Origin: an uncultured Clostridia bacterium
GTDB taxonomy: Bacteria; Bacillota; Clostridia; Christensenellales; CAG-138
Length of the DNA stretch: 64,000 nt
Direction: 5' to 3'
Assembly (NCBI GenBank): GCA_934633985.1
Contig: CAKTYU010000003.1
Span: 9,507-73,506, forward strand
Under the pieces are notes generated by a model, which did not search any database, was not told the DNA's origin, and worked only from the letters and a program-made list of their open reading frames with translations. Below, one piece after another: positions 10,752-20,266 of the stretch (the first letter of the stretch is position 1; each line of letters opens with the position of its first letter). The translations under genes were made by a program, and so were the position numbers.

Positions 10752-11330
10752 TCAGATCCAGCGCGCATGGGAGAAGGGCGTCATCACGGCGCGCACCTTG
10801 CCCTTTACCTGGCAGTAGGGTATGAAGCCCACCTGCCTGCTGTCCCCGCTGTGGTTTCGGTTGTCGCCCACCACGAAGAGGCTCCTTTCCGGCACCGTCA
10901 CCTCCGGCATATCGCTGTCCTCTATGTAGCCGTCCCAGTAGGCGCTCTCGTCCAGCCTTTCGCCGTTCAGGTATATGGCCCCGTCGGATATTCTTATCCT
11001 GTCACCCGGGGTGGCTATAACGCGCTTGACGCACTTTTCCGTGTGGTAGGGGTAGCGGCAGATTATTATATCGTCGCGCTGCGGCGCGGAAACGGTATAT
11101 GTGAGCTTTTCCGTGAACATCCCCTCCCCGCCCACGAGCGTGGGGTACATGGATATGCCTATGCACTGCACCGGCTCGAATATGAAGGTGCGTATGAATA
11201 TCGCCACCGCCATGAGCGTCAGCAGGTATATTATGAAGTCGCTGTTCGCCGCCTTCTTGTAGGGCTCGTCCTTTTTATGCAGCTCGTCGCGGGCTTCCCT
11301 GAATTTTTTGAGTTCCTTTTTGCTTAGCAT
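10752..11330 (-). CDS. lepB: signal peptidase I
   Basis: 192 aa. S26 motifs GISMYPTL, KRVIATPGDRI, GDNRNHSGDSR. Confidence 0.9.
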   Translation of the reverse strand: MLSKKELKKFREARDELHKKDEPYKKAANSDFIIYLLTLMAVAIFIRTFIFEPVQCIGISMYPTLVGGEGMFTEKLTYTVSAPQRDDIIICRYPYHTEKCVKRVIATPGDRIRISDGAIYLNGERLDESAYWDGYIEDSDMPEVTVPERSLFVVGDNRNHSGDSRQVGFIPYCQVKGKVRAVMTPFSHARWI

Positions 11331-11474
11331 CCGGGGTATTTGCCTTCCTTATTTTTTCTTTCCACATGGTAACACTCAAAGCCCGCCTTGTCAAATAAGG
11401 CTCCTCCTTTTCTCCCATAATTCATCAATAATTCACTATTACCTTGGGGCGCATACTGTGTTAAAATTACCCTT

Positions 11475-12503
11475 ATGAAGCGTTGTATAAGACTTACAAG
11501 CGGCGTTGCCGCATTATTTATCGCATTGGCTCTCCTGGGCTGCTCGAGGCCCGCGGTATCCCCGGCCCCGGCCGCCCCCTCCCCCGCGCCCTCCACCCCC
11601 GCCCCTATACAGGAGCCGGAGAGCCGCTACACCATCGCCTGGATGAGCGACACCCAGCACTACTCCAACAGGTTCCCCTCCACCTTTTACGCCATGACCG
11701 CCTATCTGCGGGACGCTAAGGAGGAGCTGAACCTGAAGTACATCGTGCACACCGGCGACCTGGTACACAGCTACGGCAGCGAGCGCCAGTGGGAAAACGC
11801 CGTGCGCGCCATGGCCTCCATAGCGGATATACCCGCGGGGGTGTGCGCCGGCAACCACGACGTAAAGCACGACGACGCCCTCTACGATAATTTCAGCCGC
11901 TATTTCGGGGAAAAGCAGGCAAGCTACCGGGACTGCTACGGCGGCAGCTTTCAGGATAACCGCGGCCATTACGACCTCATAGACGCGGGCGGGACGAGGT
12001 ATATCTTCATATATATGGGCTACCATATCGAGCGCAGCGGCATAGGCTGGATAAAAAGCGTGCTGGAGCAATACCCGGACAGGGCCGCCATACTCTGCAC
12101 CCACGCCTACTTTGACACCGACCTGACGCTGCTTGAGGACGGGCGGCTGCTCAGAGAGGAGATAGTTTCGCAATATCCCAACGTGTACATGGTGCTTTCC
12201 GGCCACCGCTACAACATAGCCTGCGTGCCGGAGGAGTTCGACGACGACGGGGACGGAGCGCCCGACCGCAGGGTATACCAGATGATATGCAACTATCAGG
12301 CGGCGGACGACCATGGCGGCAGCGGCTATATGATGTTCTTTGACGTGGACGAGGAAAAGGGCGTGATTAACTGCTGCACCTATTCCCCCGTGCTTGACGA
12401 CAGGGTGCGCTTTGACGACATTTCAAAGAAAAAGGGCCGTTACAGCAACGCCCCCCGCGATGAAATGATGACGCTGGAAATCCCCTGGAAAATCACACAT
12501 TAA
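11475..12503 (+). CDS. metallophosphoesterase lipoprotein
   Basis: 342 aa. Lipobox LALLGCS. Calcineurin-like motifs HTGDLVH and GNHD. Confidence 0.75.
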   Translation: MKRCIRLTSGVAALFIALALLGCSRPAVSPAPAAPSPAPSTPAPIQEPESRYTIAWMSDTQHYSNRFPSTFYAMTAYLRDAKEELNLKYIVHTGDLVHSYGSERQWENAVRAMASIADIPAGVCAGNHDVKHDDALYDNFSRYFGEKQASYRDCYGGSFQDNRGHYDLIDAGGTRYIFIYMGYHIERSGIGWIKSVLEQYPDRAAILCTHAYFDTDLTLLEDGRLLREEIVSQYPNVYMVLSGHRYNIACVPEEFDDDGDGAPDRRVYQMICNYQAADDHGGSGYMMFFDVDEEKGVINCCTYSPVLDDRVRFDDISKKKGRYSNAPRDEMMTLEIPWKITH

Positions 12504-12568
12504 AGCGCATACGAAAGCAGGAGCGGAAAAATCCCACTCCTGTTGTCTTTTATTGGCTTTTATCGGGC

Positions 12569-13900
12569 TTAATCGCTTATGCTCCTGCACTCCAGGTAGT
12601 AGCGCTTTTCGTTGGCCTCGCCCATGGAGAAGGTCTTGCGGGGCAGCGCGCCGTCGAATATGACGGTGCGGAAGAAGGCGCTCTTGTCCATGGGGGGAAG
12701 CAGGAAGCCCATGTTGCCCTCCCGGGCGCCCAGCTCCATCACCACGTCCGCGCCGTGTATGTAGTCTATGGTGGCGCCCTCGGTCTCCTTGATGAGTATG
12801 TCGAGGGCGTTCTGGAGGGTGCCCACCTCCAGCTGCGCCGCGGGATGCTCCACATAGAAGCAGCCTACCCCCTTGCCGTCCACGAAGGGTATAACATGGC
12901 CGGCCTTGCCGTCCATGGCCTTGTGCAGCTCGTCCATGCTCGCAAAGTGCTTTACCTCGCAGCCTCCGTTCTGCTCCGTCAGCTTGTCCTTTATCCAGCC
13001 GGCCTTGTCGCCCACGTTGAATATGACCCTGTGTATGGGCTCGAACACTATGCCCTCGTCGTGTACGTTCTCAAGCTCCACGAGGCAGTAGCGGGCGGGG
13101 TGCTCGTCCTTTGCGGTGAGGCCCTTCTCGGCCTTTATGCGCTCCCAGTTGGCCTTTGCCGTGGCGAAGGAGTGGTTTCCGTCGCCCATTGCAAAGAGCA
13201 GGGGGGCCTGATCGGTGTTGTACTTTTTAGCGTATGCTTCCTTTTCGATAAGCGCCTCGAGCGCGTCTAAGGCGCCCCTTATCTGGCCCTCGTCCTTTAC
13301 GAGATAGCCCTTTATGTGGCCGCCCTTTTGCATGAGGTCGAAGTCATACAGCTTTTCGGCCTTTTCCAGCTTCTCGCCTATGGGTTCTATAACGGTGCGC
13401 TCGGGGTCGTCTATGAGTACCAGTATATGGGGCATCTCCAACGGAGCGTCCTTCCTTATTCGAAGGCGGGGAGGTATACGCTCGACTATAGTGCCCTCGG
13501 TAGCACGGATAAGTGTGGTTGAGCCCTTGGTATAGTCGTAGTTCTCCAGATCCAGCGCCACGATCAGTCCCTTGCGGGTCTTGCCGTCCACAGAGCGGAC
13601 TACATAGGCAAAGCCCTCGCCCTTGTTTTCCAGCACGCCCTTCTCAACGTATTCCTTCATGTGGGCGTTTATAGAGGCTATGCGCTCGGCCTCGTCCGGC
13701 TTGTCCAGATACAGCTCAGGCAGCATTATGCGCAGAGTGGAGGGCGCGTCGCCGACTATCCTCTCGGTCTCGTCCCAGTAATCCGGCTGGGAGGTGAACT
13801 GGTCGCAGGCCACCACCGCCCACTTGGTCATATCCACGTCCCTGTTGGGGAGCAGCAGCTCAGGCACCCTTACGCCTATGTTATTTGCATACTTTGTCAT
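12569..13900 (-). CDS. DUF1015 family protein
   Basis: 443 aa. N-terminus ..VRVPELLLPN.. and overall size match my recollection of DUF1015. Not verified. Confidence 0.6.
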   Translation of the reverse strand: MTKYANNIGVRVPELLLPNRDVDMTKWAVVACDQFTSQPDYWDETERIVGDAPSTLRIMLPELYLDKPDEAERIASINAHMKEYVEKGVLENKGEGFAYVVRSVDGKTRKGLIVALDLENYDYTKGSTTLIRATEGTIVERIPPRLRIRKDAPLEMPHILVLIDDPERTVIEPIGEKLEKAEKLYDFDLMQKGGHIKGYLVKDEGQIRGALDALEALIEKEAYAKKYNTDQAPLLFAMGDGNHSFATAKANWERIKAEKGLTAKDEHPARYCLVELENVHDEGIVFEPIHRVIFNVGDKAGWIKDKLTEQNGGCEVKHFASMDELHKAMDGKAGHVIPFVDGKGVGCFYVEHPAAQLEVGTLQNALDILIKETEGATIDYIHGADVVMELGAREGNMGFLLPPMDKSAFFRTVIFDGALPRKTFSMGEANEKRYYLECRSISD

Positions 13901-14078
13901 GAAACAGCCTCCGTAAGTGTTTTTTTAAGATAAATGCAAAGATTTTTTGAATACATAACTGTCTTTTTATATCATACATCACCCCGAGCCCTCCGGTCAA
14001 TCAAAAGCGGCTTATTATGTTTTGATTTTTTGATACCCCGGCTGAATCTTTTCAGCACTTTAAATAACTAAAGCGCCG

Positions 14079-14087
14079 TGGTATAAT
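14079..14087 (+). promoter_or_regulatory. extended -10 promoter element for the yerC-like gene
   Basis: TGgTATAAT at 14079-14087, about 25 nt upstream of the ATG at 14113. Confidence 0.45.
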
Positions 14088-14112
14088 CGTATCATAAGGA
14101 GGCGAAAAAGCA

Positions 14113-14409
14113 ATGTACCGGAAGGATCTTACCAACCCCGAAACGGCGTGGTTTTTTAAGGCCGTGCTTTCCCTAAGGACGGAAGAGGAGTGTGCGCGCT
14201 TCTTCGAGGACGTGGCCACCATAGGCGAGGTGCAGGCCATGGCCCAGCGGCTGCGCGTGGCGAAGCTGCTAAACGACGGCTGCAAGTACTCCGACGTCGC
14301 AGAGGCCACCGGCGCCTCCACCGCCACCATATCCCGCGTAAGCCGCTGCCTGACCTACGGCGCGGACGGCTACAAGCTGGTGCTCAACAGGCTGGAAAAG
14401 CAGCAGTAA
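14113..14409 (+). CDS. TrpR-like YerC/YecD family protein
   Basis: 98 aa. ..EECARFFEDV.T..E..AMAQRL.VAKLL..G..Y.D..EATGASTATISRV.R. Confidence 0.8.
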   Translation: MYRKDLTNPETAWFFKAVLSLRTEEECARFFEDVATIGEVQAMAQRLRVAKLLNDGCKYSDVAEATGASTATISRVSRCLTYGADGYKLVLNRLEKQQ

Positions 14410-14451
14410 GCCCGCCCATGCTTAGCCCCGCATAATTTTTGTAAAAAACAC

Positions 14452-14480
14452 TTGCATTATGGCCGCCGATTGGTTATAAT
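14452..14480 (+). promoter_or_regulatory. sigma-70-type promoter for tRNA-Thr
   Basis: TTGCAT (14452-14457), 17-nt spacer, TATAAT (14475-14480), 24 nt upstream of the tRNA 5' end. Confidence 0.6.
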
Positions 14481-14504
14481 ACATATCGTTCGTGAGCAAC
14501 GCGC

Positions 14505-14580
14505 GCTGATATAGCTCAGCTGGTAGAGCGCGTCATTGGTAATGACGAGGTCCCCGGTCCGAATCCGGGTATCAGCTCCA
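14505..14580 (+). tRNA. tRNA-Thr (anticodon GGU), CCA encoded
   Basis: Acceptor GCTGATA/TATCAGC, D-arm TAGCTCAGCTGGTAGAGCG, anticodon stem CGTCA/TGACG with loop TTGGTAA (GGT), T-arm with GTCCGAATC loop, then TCCA. Confidence 0.9.
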
Positions 14581-14615
14581 GTATTCCCAGTCAATTTAGA
14601 TGCAGGGACAAAAAG

Positions 14616-14638
14616 CCCAGACAACGTCTGGGTTTTTT
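14616..14638 (+). terminator. rho-independent terminator after tRNA-Thr
   Basis: CCCAGAC aac GTCTGGG followed by TTTTTT (14633-14638). Confidence 0.75.
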
Positions 14639-15013
14639 GCTATCACAAGCCATTTTTCAAAAAATCAGATTGCCGTAGATGCACTTTTTCAAAGGGCGAT
14701 TATAAATCGTTTTTAAGCCCCTGAAGCTGCCGATCCGTTGGTTTCAAGGGCTTTTTTCATGCCGCTCAAGCCCTAAATTCACCGTTTTCAGTTTGTTTTC
14801 AATTCAATATGCAAAGGCTATAAATTCCATTCCCAAGGCTTCATAGGAAAAGTCTGCCCTTTTGAAAGCAGTTTGTTTTACCGCCATCGGGGAATAGGGG
14901 AACTCCGCTTACCCCCTCTCACACTCTCCCCCTTAAATATTATTACTTGGCTGGAAAAGCGATATAACGCTCAGCGCCAGCTTAGAAGCACTACAACGAA
15001 AGGAGCATTCCCA

Positions 15014-15839
15014 ATGTCACAGGTAATCGCGATCGTCAACCAGAAGGGCGGCGTCGCCAAGACCACCACCGCAGTAAACCTCGCCGCCGCCCTTGTCCGG
15101 CAGGATGAAAAAGTGCTGTGCATCGACCTCGACCCACAGGCAAACCTCACCATGTCGCTGGGCTGTCAAAACCCGGACGAGCTCCCGCACACCGTTTCCG
15201 ACGTTATCGACAAGGCCATAACTGAGCAGCCCCTCGACCCCTCCGAGGGCGTTATACGCCATGCAGAGGGCATAGACCTCATGCCCGCTTCCATCCAGCT
15301 TTCGGGGGTACGAAAACCTGCTCATCAATGAATACGGCAGGGAAAATATGCTGCGCCAGTATGTTGACGCAGTCCGTCCCTTCTATGACCGCATACTGAT
15401 CGATTGCCAGCCCAGTCTGAACATCTTGACTATCAACGCCCTCGTTGCAGCGGACAGCGTGCTTATCCCCACTCAACCGCAGTTCTTCTCCGCAAAAGGG
15501 CTGGAACTGCTGTTCCAGACCTACGGCAAGGTGCGCCGCAAGATGAACCCCGACCTCAAAATCGAGGGCGTACTTGTCACCATGATGGACAAGCGTCCCA
15601 ATTTCACGAAGGATGTGGCAGGCCTTATCCGCTCCACCTACGGCGGGGACGTAAAGGTATTCGACAGTGAGATCCCCATGAGCGTCCGTGCCATGGAGTG
15701 CGGGGCGGAGGGGAAAAGTATTTTTGCCCACGATCCCAGGGGCAGGGTGGCGGAAGCATACGCAAATCTGGCAGCGGAGGTGAAGGAGAATGCCGAGAGG
15801 GAACAGCGCAGGGCGCATAAGCATAAGGCCGTTAGATGA
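15014..15839 (+). pseudogene. parA: ParA/Soj-type partition ATPase interrupted by a +1 frameshift in a G5 run
   Basis: N-terminal part 15014..15331 (deviant Walker A NQKGGVAKTT) ends in a stop. The C-terminal part continues in the next frame from 15306 (GYENLLINEYGRENMLRQ...). Deleting one G of GGGGG (15304-15308) gives one continuous ParA. Confidence 0.8.
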
Positions 15840-16710
15840 CCTTTTCGAGCCGACCGTGGAAAGGGAGCAGCATGCACACGGGGAAGTCCTGCCTACAAGC
15901 CTTCACCCAAAGCGGCTCAAGCCCTTCCCCAACCACCCCTTCAAGGTCGTGCAGGACGAGGCCATGCGGGAACTTGTGGAGAGCGTCCGCGAGAACGGTG
16001 TCATCGAACCCATCCTGTGCCGTCCCGATGGCGCAGGCGGATATCAGATAGTAAGCGGGCACAGGCGGCAGACGGCGGCAGTGCTCGCGGGCAAGACTGA
16101 GGTGCCCATAACCGTGCAGGAGATGGACGATCACACCGCCACCATAGTTATGGTGGACTCCAACCTGCACAGACCGGCAATACTCCCCTCCGAAAAGGCC
16201 TTTGCGTTCAAGCTGAAGCTCGCCGCGTTGGAGGAAAAGCGCGCGCTGGGACTATTGGTCTCAGACGGGCGGCGCTCGACCGAGATAGTGGGCGAGGAAA
16301 CCGGAGACAACTACCGAAGCGTCATGCGCTACCTCAGGCTCACGGAGTTGGCCCCCGAGCTGCTGGAACTCGTGGACGGCGGCAAGCTGAAGTTCCACCC
16401 TGCCGTGGAACTTTCCTACCTCAGCCCCGTCGAGCAGGAAATGCTGCGCGGGGTTATCGCAGCAACAAAGAAATGCCCTTCGCTGACCCAGGCCAAGGCG
16501 CTCAGGCAGCTGTCCAAGGCCTCTGAGCTGGACGAAGGGAGGATAACGCGGCTTCTGCAGTGGGGCAGAGCGTCATCTGAAAAGATCGCCTTCAAGGCGG
16601 AGGAACTGCGAGGATTCTTTCCCGATGGGTATTCCTCAGAGGATATCAAAGACGCAATACTCGATATGTTAGAGGTGCGGCGGCGAAGCCGTGCCGGACA
16701 GGAGAGATGA
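15790..16710 (+). CDS. parB: ParB/Noc-like N-terminal domain protein
   Basis: 306 aa. ..L.PFPNHPFKV..DEAM.ELVESVRENGVIEPI..R.....YQIVSGHRRQTAA. Start uncertain (overlaps the parA end). Confidence 0.8.
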   Translation: MPRGNSAGRISIRPLDDLFEPTVEREQHAHGEVLPTSLHPKRLKPFPNHPFKVVQDEAMRELVESVRENGVIEPILCRPDGAGGYQIVSGHRRQTAAVLAGKTEVPITVQEMDDHTATIVMVDSNLHRPAILPSEKAFAFKLKLAALEEKRALGLLVSDGRRSTEIVGEETGDNYRSVMRYLRLTELAPELLELVDGGKLKFHPAVELSYLSPVEQEMLRGVIAATKKCPSLTQAKALRQLSKASELDEGRITRLLQWGRASSEKIAFKAEELRGFFPDGYSSEDIKDAILDMLEVRRRSRAGQER

Positions 16711-16713
16711 CGC

Positions 16714-16998
16714 ATGGAAAAAGAATTAAAGCCGTATCAGGTACGATCCGTCAAGGCGCGGTACGCGCCCGGTACGCGCATAGAATTAAGCGGGCAAATG
16801 GTGGGAGAAAAAATGCCCGCAGGCGTGCGCGGAACCGTTGCCTTTGTCGATGACATAGGCTCCATCCACATGAAATGGGATGGCGGCGGTTCCCTCGCGC
16901 TGATTCCCAGCGTGGACGATTTTAAGGTGATCACTCCGGAATATGAGAAGGCTAACCCGGCGCGCATCACCGGTCGGCCCAAGCAGCGGGAAAGGTAG
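16714..16998 (+). CDS. small conserved ICE protein (DUF4314-like by recollection)
   Basis: 94 aa. ..GTRIEL..M.....P.G.RGTV..VDDIGSIHMKWD.G.SLAL. Confidence 0.55.
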   Translation: MEKELKPYQVRSVKARYAPGTRIELSGQMVGEKMPAGVRGTVAFVDDIGSIHMKWDGGGSLALIPSVDDFKVITPEYEKANPARITGRPKQRER

Positions 16999-17004
16999 GG
17001 AAAC

Positions 17005-17919
17005 TTGCGCATGGACAAAACCAAAAGGGAGTACCTCTCCACAGAGCGAAGTCCCGTCATTGACCCGGAACTGCGCGACTTATTGCCTCCCATCACTAAC
17101 GAAGAACGGGGGGCTCTCGCTGCCGACATACTGAAAAACGGCTGCTATTCCCCCATTATCTGCATGGAGGATATGACGCTATTGGACGGACATCACCGGT
17201 ACGACGTCTGCACCGAGCATGGCATTCCCTACCGCATGGTGATCCTCGGTTTTGAGGATAAGCTCGCCGCCAAGGAATGGATGGTGAATACACAAAAAGG
17301 GCGCAGGAATCTGACGAAATACCAGCTTGGGCAGATTGCGTTAAAACTGAAGCCGGAGATCGAAGCAAGGGCGAGAGCAAAGGAATCAAAGCGGAAAACG
17401 ACTTTTCCGAAATCAGAAAAGTCGTTTTTGCCTTCAGTTAACACCACAAAGGAGCTTGCAGACTCCGTAGGCATTTCCCGCGATACCATGAACAAGATTC
17501 TTCAAATAGACGCACACGCGCCCGCCCCCATCAAGGAAGCACTGGAAAATAATGGCATGTCCATCAATCAGGCATATAACGCCGTAAAGAACCTCGAAGC
17601 CGTACCGGAAGAAGAGCGCGGCGCCCAGGCAACGCGCATGGTCATGGAAAGGGATTTCCAGCGGTACAGCAAGCGCATCGACAGCGAAGGTGCTATCGCC
17701 CAGAGTTATATCGATGGAATCGGTAAGCCGTACCACATGAAGGTATCCGAGGAAAACGTCCGTATATGGATGGAATATGCCCACATACGCGTCGGCGACC
17801 TCGTCCTGGAACTTGATGCCATAGACGGGGCGCTGGAAAATCTATCGCTTCTCAAGGAGATCATTCGCGGCATATCGAAGCCTAAGCTCGCAGGAGGTCA
17901 GGAAAATGAGGTTAGATAA
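17005..17919 (+). CDS. ParB-N/sulfiredoxin-like domain protein
   Basis: 304 aa. ..LLDGHHRYDVC.EHGIPY.. (DGHHR motif) followed by a helical C-terminal part. Confidence 0.6.
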   Translation: MRMDKTKREYLSTERSPVIDPELRDLLPPITNEERGALAADILKNGCYSPIICMEDMTLLDGHHRYDVCTEHGIPYRMVILGFEDKLAAKEWMVNTQKGRRNLTKYQLGQIALKLKPEIEARARAKESKRKTTFPKSEKSFLPSVNTTKELADSVGISRDTMNKILQIDAHAPAPIKEALENNGMSINQAYNAVKNLEAVPEEERGAQATRMVMERDFQRYSKRIDSEGAIAQSYIDGIGKPYHMKVSEENVRIWMEYAHIRVGDLVLELDAIDGALENLSLLKEIIRGISKPKLAGGQENEVR

Positions 17920-18352
17920 AAAGCACCGTAAGGCCATACAGATGGCTATTCTCAAAAACGAAACCGTAACACTCAGTGAGGTAACCAGGCTCGTGAAAAA
18001 ATACGGCAAGCCCGCCAGCGTCAGGGAACTCAGGGATATGGAGGCAAACAGGGCCGCCCACAGCGTTATAGCCGGCTGTAAGGACCAGCACGGCGACAGG
18101 GAGATATTGGCTACAGGGCGAGAGCGCAACGACACCATTTATTCCGTTGTCGGCAATTCCACTGACACAAAGGCGCTAGACGAGGCAAAACGCCAGATAC
18201 AGGGGAACATAAGGGGCTGCCTCGTTACGGACAAAAAGGTGAAGTGGCGGCAACTGTATATAAGTGGCCGCATAACCAGGAGGCGTTACCTTTGCGGCCT
18301 CGCAGCCCGCGAATACGCAAATTTGCCCGATATACTGAACTCACAGGATTAA
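17906..18352 (+). CDS. hypothetical protein
   Basis: 148-aa ORF, same strand, overlaps the upstream stop by 14 nt. No recognisable motif. Confidence 0.45.
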   Translation: MRLDKKHRKAIQMAILKNETVTLSEVTRLVKKYGKPASVRELRDMEANRAAHSVIAGCKDQHGDREILATGRERNDTIYSVVGNSTDTKALDEAKRQIQGNIRGCLVTDKKVKWRQLYISGRITRRRYLCGLAAREYANLPDILNSQD

Positions 18353-18376
18353 AAACACTACAGGAGGTAAACAAAT

Positions 18377-20266
18377 ATGAAAAAGCTCATTGCGCTGCTT
18401 TGTGCGGCGCTTTTCTTCATCATGCCCATGACCGCCTACGCTGAAGGTGTGTCCCTCCCCTCCCGCGTCCCGGATATCGGCGAGGCGGTAACAGCCTACA
18501 CCAAGGCCGACTATGTACTCAACTTCTCAGACGCAAGGTTTTCCGTTATGGATGCAAACGGCAATGAACAAAACGGCAGCCTTGCAGGGCTGGACAACGT
18601 CATGAAGATATGGGTGCATACGGCAGACGGCCAGACCTTCAGCGCCTACTGCCTCGACATGACGGAGCATTATCCGCCCACCGTCGCAGCGGGACAGGAA
18701 GGCTCAATAGCTCAGCTCCCGCAAAATTACGCCACCGTCGCGTGGCCTGCCGGACCGAATTATGACAAGATGCTGTGGGTAGTAGAGCATACCTACCCCG
18801 CCATCCCCATGGATACTATGATGTCCGATGCCGAGGCGAACTTTTCAAGGCTGGTATCCGAGATACAGGCAACGCAGAATATTTCTGCGGCGGAGGCGGA
18901 AAGGCTTGCGGAAAACGCGGTGTATGCTACCGTACAGCAGGCGATATGGCATCACCAGCCCGCGCTCATAAAGGGCACGGACGGGATGTATGTAGGCGCG
19001 AGGATGCTCAACGGCAATCAGGATTTGAAGCTCCTGTACGCCTATCTTACAAAAGAGCGTGCCGAGTACCGCGGTTACCGAAACGCCAGGATAGGCAAAT
19101 CCATCCGAATAGAGCATCCAGCCGACATGACCCCGGCGCAAGAAGGCACCAGCTATGTGTTCGGCCCGTTTGCCATAAGTACGGATATGCTATCCGCAGG
19201 CGACGCGCAGCTTGCGTACACCGGCGCAGGCAGCCTTGCTATCCGGTTCACCGATACTTCGGGCAATGCTATCTCCTCCGTGCGGCAGGGTCAGCCGTTC
19301 TACCTTCGTACAGACGGCGTGCCGACGGAGCCCATCACGATTTCTGTCAGTGCAAATACCGCCAACGCCGTGACAATGGACGCAAACCGCGGCCGTATGT
19401 ACGCCCCTGCCGACGGCGGCAGCGCACAGCCGGTAGGCACCGGCGGCGTACCCAAAACCGTCAGTGCAAGCGCCAGCCTTACACTCCCTACCGTCAATCC
19501 CCCCGCCCCTCCCGTCAAGGCCGGCGGAACCGTAAAATTCAAAAAGACGGACGAAAAAAGCGGCGCCGCTTTGCAAGGCGCGGTCATACGCATAGATGAC
19601 TCTGCCGGAAAAAAGGTCTGGCAGGGCGAAACGGACGCAAACGGCATTGCGACTACGGATGTAGAGATACTCTACGATACCGATTACACCTACTACGAGG
19701 TAACGGCTCCTAAGGGCTATGAGCTGGACAGCGCACGCCACACCCTGCGAATATCAGGCAAGGGCGGCGATCCTGAATACTGGGCATTCACTAACCGCCC
19801 CGTGGCGGTCGAAACACCTCCCGCCCTCGCAGACGTTACACTGAAAAAGGTAGATGAACATGGCAGGCCGCTGGAGGGCGCGACCATAAAGGTTCTGGAC
19901 ACTTCCGGCAAAGAGGTGTTCAGCGGCAAAACGGATAAGGACGGAAAGGTAGTCGTTAGAAACCTCTCCTCCGGCTTTACATATACCTACTTTGAATCAG
20001 CCGCCCCTGCAGGCTACGACATAAACGGCACGAGATACTCCTTCACCGTGGACAAGGCCGGAAATGTGAGCAGACCCGTTGATATCGTAAACAAAAAGAG
20101 CGCAGTTCCAACGCCCACGCCGGCCGCAATAAAGCCCGTGATGCTGCCACCGAAAACAGGCGATACCAGCAGCGGCGGCATTTCCGCGTGTATGATCGCA
20201 GCCGCCCTATGCGCCGCAGCCGCAGCTTGTCATTGCCGCAATCGGGAAGGAGAATCGTATGAGTGA
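18377..20266 (+). CDS. cell-wall-anchored thioester-domain (TQXA-type) adhesin with two Cna-B/SpaA-like domains and a PPKTG sorting signal
   Basis: 629 aa. Signal peptide. Candidate thioester pair Cys in FSAYCLDMTEHYP and Gln in ATVQQAIWHH. Repeats G.V.F.K.DE..G..L.GA.I...D..GK.V..G.TD..G. C-terminal LPPKTG plus hydrophobic segment plus RNRE tail. Confidence 0.8.
   Translation: MKKLIALLCAALFFIMPMTAYAEGVSLPSRVPDIGEAVTAYTKADYVLNFSDARFSVMDANGNEQNGSLAGLDNVMKIWVHTADGQTFSAYCLDMTEHYPPTVAAGQEGSIAQLPQNYATVAWPAGPNYDKMLWVVEHTYPAIPMDTMMSDAEANFSRLVSEIQATQNISAAEAERLAENAVYATVQQAIWHHQPALIKGTDGMYVGARMLNGNQDLKLLYAYLTKERAEYRGYRNARIGKSIRIEHPADMTPAQEGTSYVFGPFAISTDMLSAGDAQLAYTGAGSLAIRFTDTSGNAISSVRQGQPFYLRTDGVPTEPITISVSANTANAVTMDANRGRMYAPADGGSAQPVGTGGVPKTVSASASLTLPTVNPPAPPVKAGGTVKFKKTDEKSGAALQGAVIRIDDSAGKKVWQGETDANGIATTDVEILYDTDYTYYEVTAPKGYELDSARHTLRISGKGGDPEYWAFTNRPVAVETPPALADVTLKKVDEHGRPLEGATIKVLDTSGKEVFSGKTDKDGKVVVRNLSSGFTYTYFESAAPAGYDINGTRYSFTVDKAGNVSRPVDIVNKKSAVPTPTPAAIKPVMLPPKTGDTSSGGISACMIAAALCAAAAACHCRNREGESYE

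Noticed and set aside
14707-14745. Hairpin GCCCCTGAA..TTCAAGGGC followed by a T-run, considered as the ICE attachment site or a small RNA terminator
   Set aside because: I could not find a matching repeat elsewhere in the window, and no upstream promoter or ORF is evident. It is kept only as a note within the junction finding.
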